Source: Marsupella aquatica
Taxonomy: Eukaryota > Plantae > Marchantiophyta
Direction: 5' to 3'
DNA length: 64,000 nt
Assembly: GCA_973895155.1 (NCBI GenBank)
Contig: OZ316893.1
Coordinates: 4,910,071 to 4,974,070, forward strand
Shown here: piece by piece, positions 13,126-26,457 of the stretch
Layout of the letters: each line of letters begins with the position of its first letter
How positions within the stretch are numbered: position 1 is the stretch's first letter
The notes under the pieces: model-generated
Database searches by the model: none
What the model saw: only the letters and a program-made list of their open reading frames with translations
Told to the model about the DNA's origin: nothing
Program-made: the position numbers and the translations under genes

Positions 13126-16100
13126 TTTGGAGTAACCAACAGCTTTTGAAGGGGGCACTTGTGTATTTTAAATATTTTTAATTTATTTTAAAGATGTATT
13201 CCAAGGGAACAAGCAAAATACCTCGCAAAAAACAATGCCATCTGTCTGAGAGGAGAAGACAGGAAAGACCAAAAGAAATTAAGGGGGTAAAAGAAGGAGC
13301 CCACACGGGAGCCCACCGAGAGAAGAGAAACAGGAAGAGAACTAAGCAGCCTCAAATGATAAGCAACCAGGGAAATGGACGCTGAAGGATCTGGTTCCAA
13401 TTATTGCCAAATACAAAACAAGAAGTCCAAAGCGGATTGGAGTCAGAAGGGGATTAAAATGCAATCCAGAAGGGCTATGAATAGGTAGTCAAAGTAGATT
13501 AATAAAGAGTTGGATTGCCAAATTCAACTGGTATACAGATTGAAGGCAGCATCATTAGAGTGCTAACACATCATAAGATAGAAGGATATCCAGAGAAACC
13601 CAACTTGCGCCGTGCTCACCACCATATCATAGTCACTACCAACGAATGGCCAGCCCAGTGGAGAATGGAGAGAGCACATGACAACTGAGACGCACCAAGG
13701 AGAGCAATCATGCCATGAATACAGCCAACTGAGAATCTCTGTTAAGATAGGAAAGAAGATTCAATACGTATCATTACTATCCAAAATTAAAAAAATGCAA
13801 GGGAAGCCAAAATCGGGACAAATTCATTTGATTGAAAGGCCAAACCAGACTTCAGGACGAGGGATTTGTGCATACTGAAGTTGCAAGTTTTGATAACTTC
13901 AATTTCTCCAATTGTCACAATCTGAGTCATCTTTAATGAATAGCTATTATCAAATGATCACTGTGAAACCCAGACGGACCACCAGGTTGGACACATAGCT
14001 CCCGTGGACCAAATTCATGGCAAGGCAACTAGACCCTAAACCACAAACCCTAATATTTCATATTAACACAATGAAAATTAATCTAATAGAACTATCCCTA
14101 CATTCATGATGAAGAACTCTACCAAAAATGCCTAAAATACACTGTCATTTGGATGGAAGTGTAGCTTACCTACTCCTCTAGCACATCCTCAAACTAGAAA
14201 AGATAATTTTATGAAGATCAAGTTATTACAATTAAACTCAAATATTGGAAAATATGGTCATGGGGGTTGCGAAAGACCAAGTTGTGGTCTATCGGAGAAT
14301 ACAAAATCACATACCCTGATAACATCAAATTTACAAATAAAATAAAAGTTACAAATGAGACAGATTTGAGTATAATTATGTATTTAAGTGACTTGTCTCT
14401 CAATGGCTTGGCCTTGCACTCATGAAGAGCATATGTACATTTGTGTGTAGTTGGCATGGGCTCCAGGAAGCCATTAAGAATAGATACTCCTCTAACAAAT
14501 GGGTGCTGTTTCAGATATCGTGCAGGTTTTCCTCTCCTCGTTATTAATGGCTTTGAGATTGACAGTTAAAGTGGGACCATTCCCTACATAATTCACTGTC
14601 CTCACCTTCGATGTTGAACAGCCACTATTTAGGCTCCAGGAGGAGTACTGTAGTTCAGCTGGCTGCCCTGATCAGACGGTGAACAGTCTTTTGAAACGAT
14701 TTTTTTAGACAATGGAGTTGGCAGTGTAGCCTCCCATGGGAACAACATGCTTAGGTTGCAACTCATTTTGGGAGCAATAAAGCCCAACTACTTTGCTAAC
14801 AAGCATTCAAGCGGCACTTGTATGCTGGGATTCATTTATTTTCTGGAACGGCTGTCTTAAATAATTGTATGCTGAATTTACGTATTCGAGATAAAAGTTA
14901 CTTTTCCATGAAGAGCGAAAGTTGTCGGCTCTGTGACTGGTGAAATTCTCAGGATTCTTCTTGGGTATTTTTCATCCATCCTTGTACAGTAAGATGGTTT
15001 CTTGAGATTACTGTTAACGGAGGATTTGTACATACAAGCGATGATATACCGTCAAAAAAATCTCATCTTGGTGATTCTTCATGACCAAAACAAAATCACA
15101 CAGAAAATTGGTTGGAGTGGTGCAGTCGTGTAATCTATTAACTCTTTCGATGAGGATAGATTACTTAATGAGAAAATCTAACTCTCGAAGTTCACATTGA
15201 CGAGCATACTATATCGCACTACTTGACTCTATTCTCATTCCAATTGTTATGAGAGAGTAGATCAGCAGAGTGGAGCGTTGTCAAAGCATTTGCAAAAGAC
15301 AAACTCAACCTTTGTCAATTGGGCATCAAATTCACCATATTTCGAGCTTGATCTCAGTTTTTCTTTTTGGATGGTTTGATGCTCACAAGCTTAAACGGGA
15401 TTTCAGTGTTGTGCATTAACTAACAAGTTCATGCCGTCTTCAAGGAGGCAGGAACAGATAAACAGGACAATGGTAATTTGATCTTCTTGGAACCTCTCAA
15501 CTGCTCATCTCCGAGAAAAGGAAAGAATGGAGAGTACAAAGGTGATTTAGGCTTTACACAAATTCGTAACTACTTGTTAATGAACTAGATTGGAATGCTT
15601 GAAAGTAAATGGTGATTTCCGCTCCGTGCTAAAATTTGATTATAATTTCTCCATGGACGTATGTGGACTAAAAGATAGGAAGTGTAACATGCCTGATGGG
15701 GAGCGACCGTTCTCCAATGCAATGAAGCCATCTTTATCATTCTGAAGCATAGAAGAATACAGTTCTTGGGCAATGGGATCCCTATCAAAATTCTCAATAG
15801 TCTCTCCCAATTTTTGTCTACAGGCTGATGATGCCAACTTTCTCGGAGCCACATGCCTGTTAGTGACTACTTGACTGATCCACGAACCCCTTTGACTAAT
15901 TGATACTTTTGGAAACAAGTCCGAGTAGTATTTGGGCGATTTCAAGAGTTCACAGATGAGAATTAGTAGAGGGCTGACTGTTTCCTAAAGCATCGGTTCA
16001 TTCAGAAACCACTGTAAGTAGTCGGTGTTCTGCAGGGAGCACAGTAATACGTCTTGTCGTTGATGGTGATTTTCACGAACATTCAAACCAGGTCAGATGT

Positions 16101-17890
16101 TTTCTCAACAATGCCTATGATCACCGTTCTGTGGAGGACTCACACTGCTTCGTGTATATTGAAGGTTGATTACTGCTTTCGCAGAAAAAATTATTTAGAA
16201 TGCAGATTGTTTCTGGAGGTCGGGAAAAAATGCTGTAGGGTTCGCTAGGAGCTTCGAAATGACTGCTATCGTACAGCTTCAGGTGCTGTCCGGTTCTCAT
16301 TGGAATTGTGTTTAAGACTCTTCAGGGTACAGACATATCCACTGATTCAAGTCCAGTTTTCCCGGTAAATGACCATGTCCGAGATGTTATTCACAAGGTA
16401 GTCAGTACACTGCCATGGCTAAGCTCGCAATGAACCCTTTTATGTCTTGATTCTCACATTGCGTAGAGGAGAAAGAAATTTGGCTCGTGACAATTCTCAT
16501 ATCCCTGACGACTGTTCTCACATACAGGGAATCCAACATGCCTTATATATAGGTGGCTTCAAGGTTTCAATCCCAACTGCAGAAATTCCAGGGGTTATGG
16601 CAAAGTGGCTTCTTTCCCACAGTTAAAAAACGAATTAGCTTACCGGGTTTCCCTGCTCACATCTCAGAATTTGCAATCAAATTTGGGCTGCAATGAAGAA
16701 ACTACCCTTGGCTTTGGCCTTTGGCCCATACCTCAGTGTCTCCAGAAGTGTGGAAAATTGGAGAAAGCAGGATCCAGACTCTCCTGCAGAAATGTAACGT
16801 GGGTTTCCCAAAAAGGTGGAGAATGGGAGTCCCCAAGTTTAGAATGCCACTATTTTCTCTTGCGCTAAAGCCATTGCACCTCAGAATGCGACTGGAAGCT
16901 AATTCATCAATGGCAATGCAGTAAGGAACTCAGACAGCCAAGAGATATCTCGTCGGGTTGGATAAACCATATCAGAAACTCTCCCCCGAAACTCTAGCTA
17001 TTGTCATCCTCCATAACATGAAAAGCCCTCAGCACTTCGGTGAAAATTTCAAAATAGCAACAGACCTAATGCAGACATCGCCAACTAGGAAGCAAGGTGG
17101 ACAACAATGGCACGCACGACATAGTCTTGCTACTTCGGGGCCACGTACTACATCTGCATTCAATGCTAACCTAAACCCTCAGACAACGCTGCATGATAGC
17201 CTAGAGCTGCCTAAGTGTCATATGGCACTTCCTATCTAGGTTATTTGTCATCGAAGGGCTGAAAAAGATCAGACCAAGATAATGTAAAAAGAAGCGATCC
17301 AGAAAAATCTTCAACGCATGGATTTAAGCGTGAATCCACTTTGAACCCATCCCTGAATCGAAGGAGTTTGACGATTCAAATGTGTGTGGGTACCTGCTGG
17401 GGGCCAACTTTAGTAAGATACGAACTAACTCTCCTTCCTGCCAAGCAAAACAGAGTCTACGGGTTCCTTTGACGAGAGCACCACGTTCTAGAATCTCCAG
17501 ATTCAAAGAGCAACAAAGCACACGGGTGTGACAATCGACAATCGCATCAGTTCTCCAAGGTGAAGCCTAAAGATAATCACAGCAGTCAATTGCAAATTAC
17601 CCATAATATACACTTCTTATCATTTGCCTTCACCATCAAAGCACTCCAAGTGAGTAGGAGGTGTTTTCAATCAAAGGCAGGCTCAAAAGCACATGTCATT
17701 ATCCTCAACGTCCTCAGTCTACGGTTCACAAAACACGTTGACCAGAATGGAGGCATCAAAGAGAAACGGATACAATGCACACTAATACTCGGTAACATAT
17801 ACTAGGTACGACACCCTTGCATACCGTGATAATCCTAGTTTTTTCCTTTCAATCAATGAATGCAGCCACATTTTGATGTGTGATTACCAG

Positions 17891-17958
17891 CAGGGCTAAT
17901 ACAACAGGGGCCTGGCATATCTAACAGGGCTAATACAACAGGGGCCTGGCATATCTAA
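17891..17958. repeat. 34 bp tandem duplication
   Basis: cagggctaatacaacaggggcctggcatatctaa occurs twice. Confidence 0.85.
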
Positions 17959-20379
17959 GGATCACTACACCGTACATTTCGTTGCCAGAACATGCTAGTT
18001 CATACTCGCGATGACAATGAACCTCATATCTAACTACTGACACTAACATACAGTACAGAGTCTGCTACTACATCATCTCATGCTTCCAGGACACCAAATC
18101 CCTGGACGGTCGGAGGGCATGAACGGCAGTCCCAATCGGCAGAACATCACCACGTGCGGAGAGCACGAACAAGCTTCTCACAGGCGTGGTGAAGGGAACT
18201 TGGGAGGGTCATCCTAGGGGAGAAAGGTCACCGTCATACTTGGCCTTAGTGACGAGGTTCAGCAGAGGAGAGGACCAAGGATAGACAAAGACAGACTTTG
18301 CATATCCATGACCAAAAGAGCACGAGCTTCCTTCCCCACACACACTTGCTCGACGGGAATTGCGAGGATATGTCACATTTGCACACCGTCGGCAATCTAC
18401 CTGCCTATTTATTGTACAGACTACAGAGCGGCAGAACCGAGGAGACCTCAAACGGCCATCACTCGTCGCACACAACGATTGTCTGGAAGAGGATACGTGG
18501 CAATGCACGAACAACAATGACCTTGTCTCCTATTTGGAGAAAAGGAGGAGTATTCCTGGTGTCTACAAAGCAAATGCAGACTGCTCGTGCAAAACACGAT
18601 GCTTCTCGATTCCTCCCCATGGCCTACTGACGGAGTCACGGACCCAAGGATTGCAATCTGCACAATTGCGTCCAAGTTCTTTTGGATACTGTTTTATTTT
18701 GTTTTAAATATTTTTAATTAATGAATAAGTAAATATCTGAGTTTTTATATATCCGTTTTTAAGTAATTTTCCACTAAATATGTTTTAATTCCTTGGAATC
18801 TAAATATGTTTTAATTGAAGATAATGTTATCTTTTTTTTTGGTATTTATATAAATGACATATTTTTTATATGACAAGTTTACCAAGGTAACTAGAGAAAC
18901 TATATATGGAAATCATTTTTGTAGATACAAAAATAATCATGACAATATTGTAAATTCAAAGATCTCATAGTGGCAATGTATGTAAAAGCTGATTTATAAA
19001 AATATTAGATTTTAATAATTTTCCATTTTCCATTTTATGAATTGAATTGAATTAAGTCCAGAAACTCCATGGATAAACCAAACCTGTAGCATTCCTATTT
19101 ACCATTTGTTAAAAAAATACAATGTCAATAATGAATCATCACTTGTATCCAAATACTTCACTAACTCTGTAAGCACTTTTGTATACTTTGTAGGTGGCCA
19201 GAGGCTTTTGATTGAGAGCTTGGCTCAATTCTCCCACTACTCTTTCCCCTCCACATAGTTACTTTAACTATTTTTTAGAGTTTAATAAAAAAGATAAATT
19301 TGGGGGTGCCTTTGGTCCTTGCGGTTTGCAAGGGCTATTTCACCCACTTGCCAATTTTACCTAAACAATAATGAAACCACGTTTAGTTTCTCACGGGAGT
19401 TTGTAGTTGGGAGACATGTAGAATACACATGGGTGTTGAGGTCCACGTGCATTTTTCCCTTAGACTCTCGGTTGAGTTAGAGTTGTGGGCATGATTGCTA
19501 GAGTCGGGGCCAAACTGCTCTTGACGTTTGGGACAAGCTTTGGGACAAACTAGCTATTTGGGCCATGGACATGTTTTCGAGGCAGAGCGGTCAACCATTG
19601 ATGGATAGAAAGTGGGGAAGCTTGCCTGGGCAGTACTCTCTAGAGGGCTTGTTTTGGACAAACAGTGGGTGCCGGTCTGGGAGGTTATATCCATTGACCT
19701 ACTTACTAACGGTTGTTGAGCTTAAGGCAATACAATGGTCATGAGATTCAAGATGGGTTACTTATCAATAGAGTTGGTTACTTGTGTAGACAGTAGGGCC
19801 ATTGAGCAACAGTCGTGTTGAGGAGCGAGTGCGGCTTTGTATGGGAGGTACCGTTGGTGGTGATATATAGAGGCACCGAGTTGCTCGCCCGTGGAGTTCC
19901 GTGGAGGCATTCAAGCACCAAGGGTACTTAGGCACAAGTTGTTGGGTTTGGAGAGGGCACTCGGTGACTAGGTCCACCACTAGAGCCCTAACTAAAGGAC
20001 TATGTGCCTTTTAGGTGCAATGGGTCCCCAACTTTTGGAGCTATAAAATGATTCCAAATTCTCCTTTAGCCACACTCAAGATCTTTAGTTAATTGGATGA
20101 TAGATTAGTTTTGGTAAGAACAATCAAACTTCCCATGCAAGGTCATGTAAAACCACTTGAGACACTATCTTTAGGATGGTTAAATGTTTGATAGATTAGC
20201 TTTGAATAAAAACTACTCAAACTGGCCCCAAGGTCATGTAAAGTCACCTAAGACACTTTCAGTTTAATGGCAAAGACCTTAATGAAGCTAAGAAGTTAAT
20301 TGCAATGTCGCTCATAATAAATATCATGTAGAAAAACTCCCCAGTCCATAGGCCTACTAGAAACAAGTTTTACATGGAT

Positions 20380-20530
20380 TCTTCAGTTGGCCGGGGACTA
20401 GCATAGAAGTGAGAGGTCCAGGTTCAATCCCCATCCACATGCAAGGGCAGTGGTGTGTGTGTGTGTGGTGAACTTCCTGGTTTTTCCTCAGCCCCTGGCT
20501 TGACGTTGGGGCTCTGGTTCAAACCTCTCT
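20380..20530 (+). mobile_element. Possible tRNA-derived SINE remnant
   Basis: A-box-like tcagttggccgg followed by B-box-like ggttcaatcc (about 20421) and a (GT)n run. No full cloverleaf. Confidence 0.35.
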
Positions 20531-21109
20531 CCCTCCTGGTCTGGGTCTCTCCCCCTTCTGGGTTACCCTAGAGTGGTGCATGCTCCTAGTTGATCTTCTA
20601 TCCTTCTTTTGGATGGGTCAGTTTTGGGTTTCAATGCAAAAACATTAGATGGGTAAGTCATGGGTTTCAAGGCAAAGAAAAGTTTTAGAGGGATATAATG
20701 CAAATCCTTTCGGTGAACGGACCTCTAAAGTCAGCTCGTGGAACAAGCTTTGGGAGGGTTTAGTGAGGGTTGAGGGTTTAGTACAGGAATCTATTATTAT
20801 AGGAAAGGGTTCAATGGCGAAGAAGTGATGACAGTTTAGAACATTCATTGAAGGAAACGGGAACGCTGTGGGTTTAGACTGATTCACCAACATTAGTCCT
20901 TCCCTCTCTCGATCTTTCCTCGAGTTTCTCTGAAGCGAGAACAGGCCTGCTGAAATTTTGAGTTGTCTGGGCGGTGCTACTGTACTGGAACAGGAATAAA
21001 GTCTGACACTGCGAAACTCTATGCTCACAGAATCTGGTAGCTGCTGGAGTTTCCGACAGATATTTGATCTCGTCGAAGGACATTTAGAAGGGCAGGAGGA
21101 GGGGGCATC

Positions 21110-22029
21110 ATGTTTGCGACAGCCGTGCGGCTTCTGGCAAAGAAAGGCAAGGGGAAGAAATCCTACAAGCCCGCCGATATGAATATCGGCATGGAAGGGC
21201 AGCAATGGTCCGGAACTCTACGAGAAATTGTGAAGGAAAAGGGCCCTCTTACGGTGGCATCGTTTTGGGAACACGCAGCGGTGCGTGTACACCCTGGTTG
21301 CAATAAAACAATCTCTCTGAAGAAGTAGAAGATCTTATTGTCAGGGGTTTTTTGTTTTCCTTTCTTAGAGTAGCTGGTTTTCAAGCCATCTGTCTCGTAA
21401 GAAGCATAATTCTTTCTCCTATGTAAGTGCTCATCATAGGTGAGGGCCGCATGCCAACCTGAAAGTGCCGTCATGTTTCTATAAGCAGTGATTGTGTAGA
21501 CGATATGGTATTTAGGGTTCCAAATGAGCATAAACTTTTCCGCGTTCCCTTCCCTCGTCTCCTTCCCTGGTTCCCTTCTTGTTCCTCTCTGCTTCAATTG
21601 AATTCTCTCTTGGTAGTATATCGAATCCATTTGCGCTCTCATCACGCCTTTCAGCTCTTGCATAATGTTAGGGTTCTTCATGATACATCTGTGAATCGTT
21701 TAAGTCGCTTCGGAAATGCTGACAGGTGTGGTGAATGACTCATTCAGAGTACAGGGCTTAGAAGCAAGAGGCACATGAAAATCATATTGAAGTGGATGAG
21801 GGGACAGAATCACGTCAAGCTAGTCTGCAACCACATAGGGGACCGGCGGACTGCGTCAGAGAAGGAGTTTCTTTATAGCTATGTTGTCCCCAGGAGTGAG
21901 AGACTTGCTGCCAATGAAGGAGAAGATACTATCTCTGCCGAGGGAGAGCGTGTCCCCTCTTCTTTCGATACTCCTCCCACTCCTGCTAGTGCTACTCCTG
22001 ATGTCGAAGATCAAGCCCGTCGTCTTTGA
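21110..22029 (+). CDS. Small basic conserved plant protein, probably mitochondrion-targeted (recalled similarity to the At1g73940-like family, possibly mitoribosomal)
   Basis: Exons 21110-21280 and 21748-22029 with a GT-AG intron join in frame: MFATAVRLLAKK..EIVKEKGPLTVASFWEHAA|STGLRSKRHMKIILKWMR..VKLVCNHIG..EFLY. Confidence 0.8.
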
Positions 22030-23894
22030 ACAGCACGCAACTGCATTGAAGAAGATCCGCCTAAGCGTCTCATCGTCCGGGTACTTATGCTGACCTATGG
22101 AAGTTCATTCACATCAGCAAGTCCTTGATTGAAACTCATTCAACTTACAGCACTGAGAGAACTGGGCCTGTAAGTTGACTAGTGAATTACAAGAATAGTT
22201 CACTTCTTACTTGAGCACCATGACACGGGCAAATTTCCTCTTCTGCCCATCTCCCAAGGTTTATAGGATTTCATATAGCTGAGAATGCCACTGCTTCGGT
22301 TGCCAGCTCACAAGGAAACGAATTCGACATTCTGAATATCTGAGTCAGAATTGGAAAATTTGAGACAGCAGATAAGTCTGTAAATGCATTACTTTGGGCA
22401 CTGCTTCTATTGAATACGAATGAAGGTGTGCGTATTTTTGGGCATCATGATCTGATGTATGAATGAGATTGAAATGAGAATCGATACGCTGTGCGATGCT
22501 CTGCTTCTTTTCAGTGAATTTCGCATCAGTAGGTCTCTCAGTGGTTTTATGCTTCCCGTAGAGTCCAAATGGCTCCCCGTTAATGATCGCATGTCTCACG
22601 TGGATAAAGAATTCTGCTCTTTTGCCCGACGGGCTGCATTCCGTTGGGGTGGATGTACAATGGGACAATATCTCCGCGTTCTCATCCTCGCCATCCAGTT
22701 GTCTGTGGCGAAAAACTTAATAAAGAAATGTGGTGGACCTGAGTTTGAAAGTTGGATAAGTTTGGTGCCCTTCATCATATCGAGTAGAAGCCCTAACTTG
22801 CCGACCCAAAGACGACTTTCAAGCACTACATTAAATATGCTTCGAACTCTGGTTTGGGAGGCTATGAAATATGACTGTGAAGTTCTCCATTTCTGCAGAG
22901 CTGCATTGTCATTTGGGTTAGTGTTCTACAGTTTTATCGACTGCTTTTGGTAAGTTGCTGATGTAGGTTTTGCCACAGAGTTTGCGAACGAGTCAAATTC
23001 GAGCTTCATGGTCTGAAGAACAAGTTTGGAGCTGGTGCAAAGAAAACCCTGTGTGATTCACCGGTCGCTTGAACCCTTTCTTACCGCCCAAAAGTCGTTC
23101 AATTGAACAATGCACCCCTTGAGATCTTCTTACTCCCTTGTTTTATTTGTATTCAGCTGCGGTTGTAAGATCCGCTGTGTTGGTCACTGCAACGTAATTC
23201 TAACATACTCGCCAGTGGTCTGTGTTGCTGAATATACTCATGAAAGGCGTGGACATTGATAGCAGCCACGGAGTGGTCACTAGTAAAATAAGGTTGATAT
23301 ACTAATTCATTTTGATACCAACAGACATTACTTCGGCTTTTAAAACGCCGTGTATATCACACGGGCAACTGCATTGGATTGGAGTGGTCTTCAGAAAAAT
23401 CTGATTGATATAAGAACCAGTCTCTATCAGGTAAGATCTGAAGTAGGACTCCTAGCTGCTCCTAAGTCATAGCTGGTGAACTGCCCCATTGCCAGTTTCG
23501 TTATGGGCTGTCGTATATAGCTTCACCTTGTTGACCGTGTTTACGCAGCACGGTCACAGCAAAACTGATGAATATTTCGATCTCTTGTTACCGTATCAGG
23601 GTTGCCAGTTACTTACACAAATCAACCAACTCATTAGGATTCCTGTACAAGCATTCAAGCTACAACTTAGAAGACAGACACCATGTTTTCTTAAGAGAAA
23701 AAGAAGCTCCTGATCATTTCGGAGCGACCCTGAGGCTCTCAATGTAATGTAGACCCCATTTGCTAAACTGAAAGTAATAAAGTTCAACTACAAGCGGTGT
23801 GAGAATACCCGGAAATTTTTACGCTTTCTACAAATGGAAACTGTCGATAAATTAACAAGATCTTGCAAGCGCCTGACGGGTTTGCAGAAAGGGA

Positions 23895-24683
23895 GGTTGA
23901 TTTACACGGACCAGTGTTCTCTCCCTCCATCAACCGAATCAGCCCATCAACCTTGTCTGAAACATAGCAGAAGCTGCAAGTTTGAGTTCCGGGAGCTTGT
24001 ACTGTCAAGTCTTGTTCCGCAGAGCTTGGGCAAGGAATTTACTGCCAACACGTCCGTCGTCGATATTCATCCGTGGGCCATAAGTATTAAAGATCCAAGC
24101 AATTCGGATTTCAATGCCATGGTGAAGGTGTTAGTCAAACACGAGGGTCTCCGCCACTCGCTCGCCTTCATCATAGCAGCTTCGATTGGATTCACATATC
24201 CCCAGTAGTACTGTCTGGGAGTGCTCCAGAGGATCACCGTACACCTCCGAAGTTGATGTCCATAAAATCCTCGGCCCCACTCATTCAACCCAAGCATATT
24301 CAACATGCCCATGACATTGGTCTTGATGGTCTTGACAGGATTGTGCTTGTAGAAAATGGGGGAAGCGGGGCACTCCAAATGGAATATCCGGTCAACCTCA
24401 ACGAGTAGGGCTTGAGTGACATGATGCCAAATGAGCTCAATTTGGGTGCCCAATCCAGCGTTTCAGATTCCCCTTGGATCCGGTGAAGAAACTGTCCGCC
24501 ACAAACACCTCAATTGACCCAGCTTCCATCAGGCGATCCACCAGGTGCGAGCCGATAAACCAGCTCCCCCTGTAACGAAAATTCGCAGCTTGGCCGTCGT
24601 GCATTGGGAGGACCGGAGTGGAGGTGGGGTCGGAGGAGCCTTGTTGTAGTAGAGCTATGTCCATCGGCACTTCCACTCATCAT
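23895..24683 (-). pseudogene. UXS: Processed pseudogene of cytosolic UDP-glucuronate decarboxylase (UDP-xylose synthase)
   Basis: Intronless, frameshifted blocks: [83 protein letters not shown] and TVQAPGTQTCSFCYVSDKVDGLIRLMEGENTGP. Truncated at the 3' end. Confidence 0.9.
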
Positions 24684-25739
24684 GGTGCTTTGTGTCGAAG
24701 GGAATCACAGGATCTGAAACAGAGCCTGCGGATTGTTGCAACATCTTTCCTCCCACAAAACGGATACAGATTGCAGCAACCCAGTATAGGTCATCTACTC
24801 TCTGCTCTGCTTCACTCTCGAGAGGCAGACACCAAATACTTGGTAAATCAGAACCCCCTTTCACGCCATCCCTGTCAAACTTACATCTAAAGCTTGAATT
24901 TTAGATTCCTAAAGAACGTTCTTCTGGAGGAGACGAAGGATTCTAAACTTCCTTCGTAGCGGTTCTGCAGGAGGTTACGGCAAGCGTCACAAGCCGAACT
25001 TGGTCTGTTGGAGATGAAGTTGAGTACATGTCGTGCCCGCAAATTGTACAAGGCTTCAGGTGCCTTTCCCTCTTGAGTTGTCTGGCAGTGCTCAATTCAG
25101 CGAAACATGAAAACAGAAGACATTGAACGAGAATTGCGTGAGGAGTAAAGTGAAGCAGCACACTTGGCGCAGCTTCACAGAAAAGCACCCACAGGTGCTT
25201 AAACTGTAACCTGAATTCACGTTTCGTGTGGGCAAGAAGGTACTGATCCAGCACAGCACAATTGTCATGTCCCCACATCATAGACGCACCGAGACTGGGA
25301 GCACATGATTCATCACGACCTTCAATGGAGACTTCTTGGTCGTCCTAGATTTCGAGGTCTTCGTCATCACCCTTTCTAAAACTCTGGACCCTTAATTAAC
25401 CCCTCAAACTATATCTAAAGGGGATCTGATGGTCAGAAATTAGTCTATGAAAATTAGATAAGGAGCATTCCTAGCATCTTCTCCTTCACACAAGACATTG
25501 GCACAATGGGAAAAAAAGAAAAAACCTTAAAAATTATGCCGACACTGGGTAGTAAAACGATCAAATCCTCAACCCTTAGTAAGGAAGAAATCGCATGTGG
25601 CAGCACTCTTTATTTATGGTGGCGTTACAAGACTTCGTATGTTGCACTTGTGAGTTTTTCTCCACCAAAGCCTACAGTCATTGCAAGGTTGCTCTTACCT
25701 CAAACTAACTGAGTACTCGTTCCTTGATCAAAACTACGG

Positions 25740-26170
25740 GTGAGTACATTCAAGCCTGCCATGCCATGCTGTGTCGATTCCTTGAACAAAAATATAGTTG
25801 AGTACATTCAAGCCTGCTGCGCCATGCTGTGTGGGTTCGTTCTCCTGTACAAATGAGGAGAACCGAACTGAAGTGAGGTGAAGAATATGGTGAAGAATCT
25901 GTGCATCATTCTGATTACTCAATCTCCTGTACAAATTAGGAGAACCGAACCGAAGTGAGGTGAAGAATATGGTGAAGAATCTATGCATCACTCTGACTAC
26001 TCAATCTCCTGTACAAATTAGAAGAACCGAGGAAGTGAGGTAACCGAAGTGAGGTGAAGGTATGGTGAAGAATCTATGCATCACTCTGACTACAATCTCC
26101 TGTACAACTTAGGAGAACCGACGAAGTGAGGTGAAGAATCTGTGCGCGCATCACTCTGACTACTCAATCT
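25740..26170. repeat. Tandem repeat (about 82-91 bp x 4, plus a short duplication) just 3' of KNOX
   Basis: ctcctgtacaa..agaaccga..gaagtgaggtgaagaat starts at 25842, 25924, 26006 and 26097. Confidence 0.9.
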
Positions 26171-26457
26171 TCGTCCAAGGACAGTGTCGTTTAACTTTAT
26201 AACCGAAGAGTTTGTGGACAGCTGCAAAGAGAGCCCGAGCGAAGCTGTAGAGATATATGTACTCAGTAACTATTAGTTTGTGAAGTCTAGCACGTGGGCG
26301 TGGACCGACAGCTTACTAGGATGACATAGCTTTTTTATACACACGTTGATCGAAGCTTAGAATGTTGCTGAATCGAATTGTACTGTAGCTCTTTCACCTG
26401 AAGTGCACGTCTCAGAATCTCGTGATCGATCATTTGATATGGATAATCACCTGATAC

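Noticed and set aside
18060-18700. Possible miRNA precursor or Cys-rich peptide gene (several overlapping ORFs, GAGCAC motifs)
   Set aside because: I could not find a convincing hairpin, a match to a known mature miRNA, or a coherent signal-peptide ORF.
20645-21681. Long minus-strand ORFs (186 aa and 172 aa)
   Set aside because: They are antisense to the spliced plus-strand gene and its intron, with no recognisable motifs.
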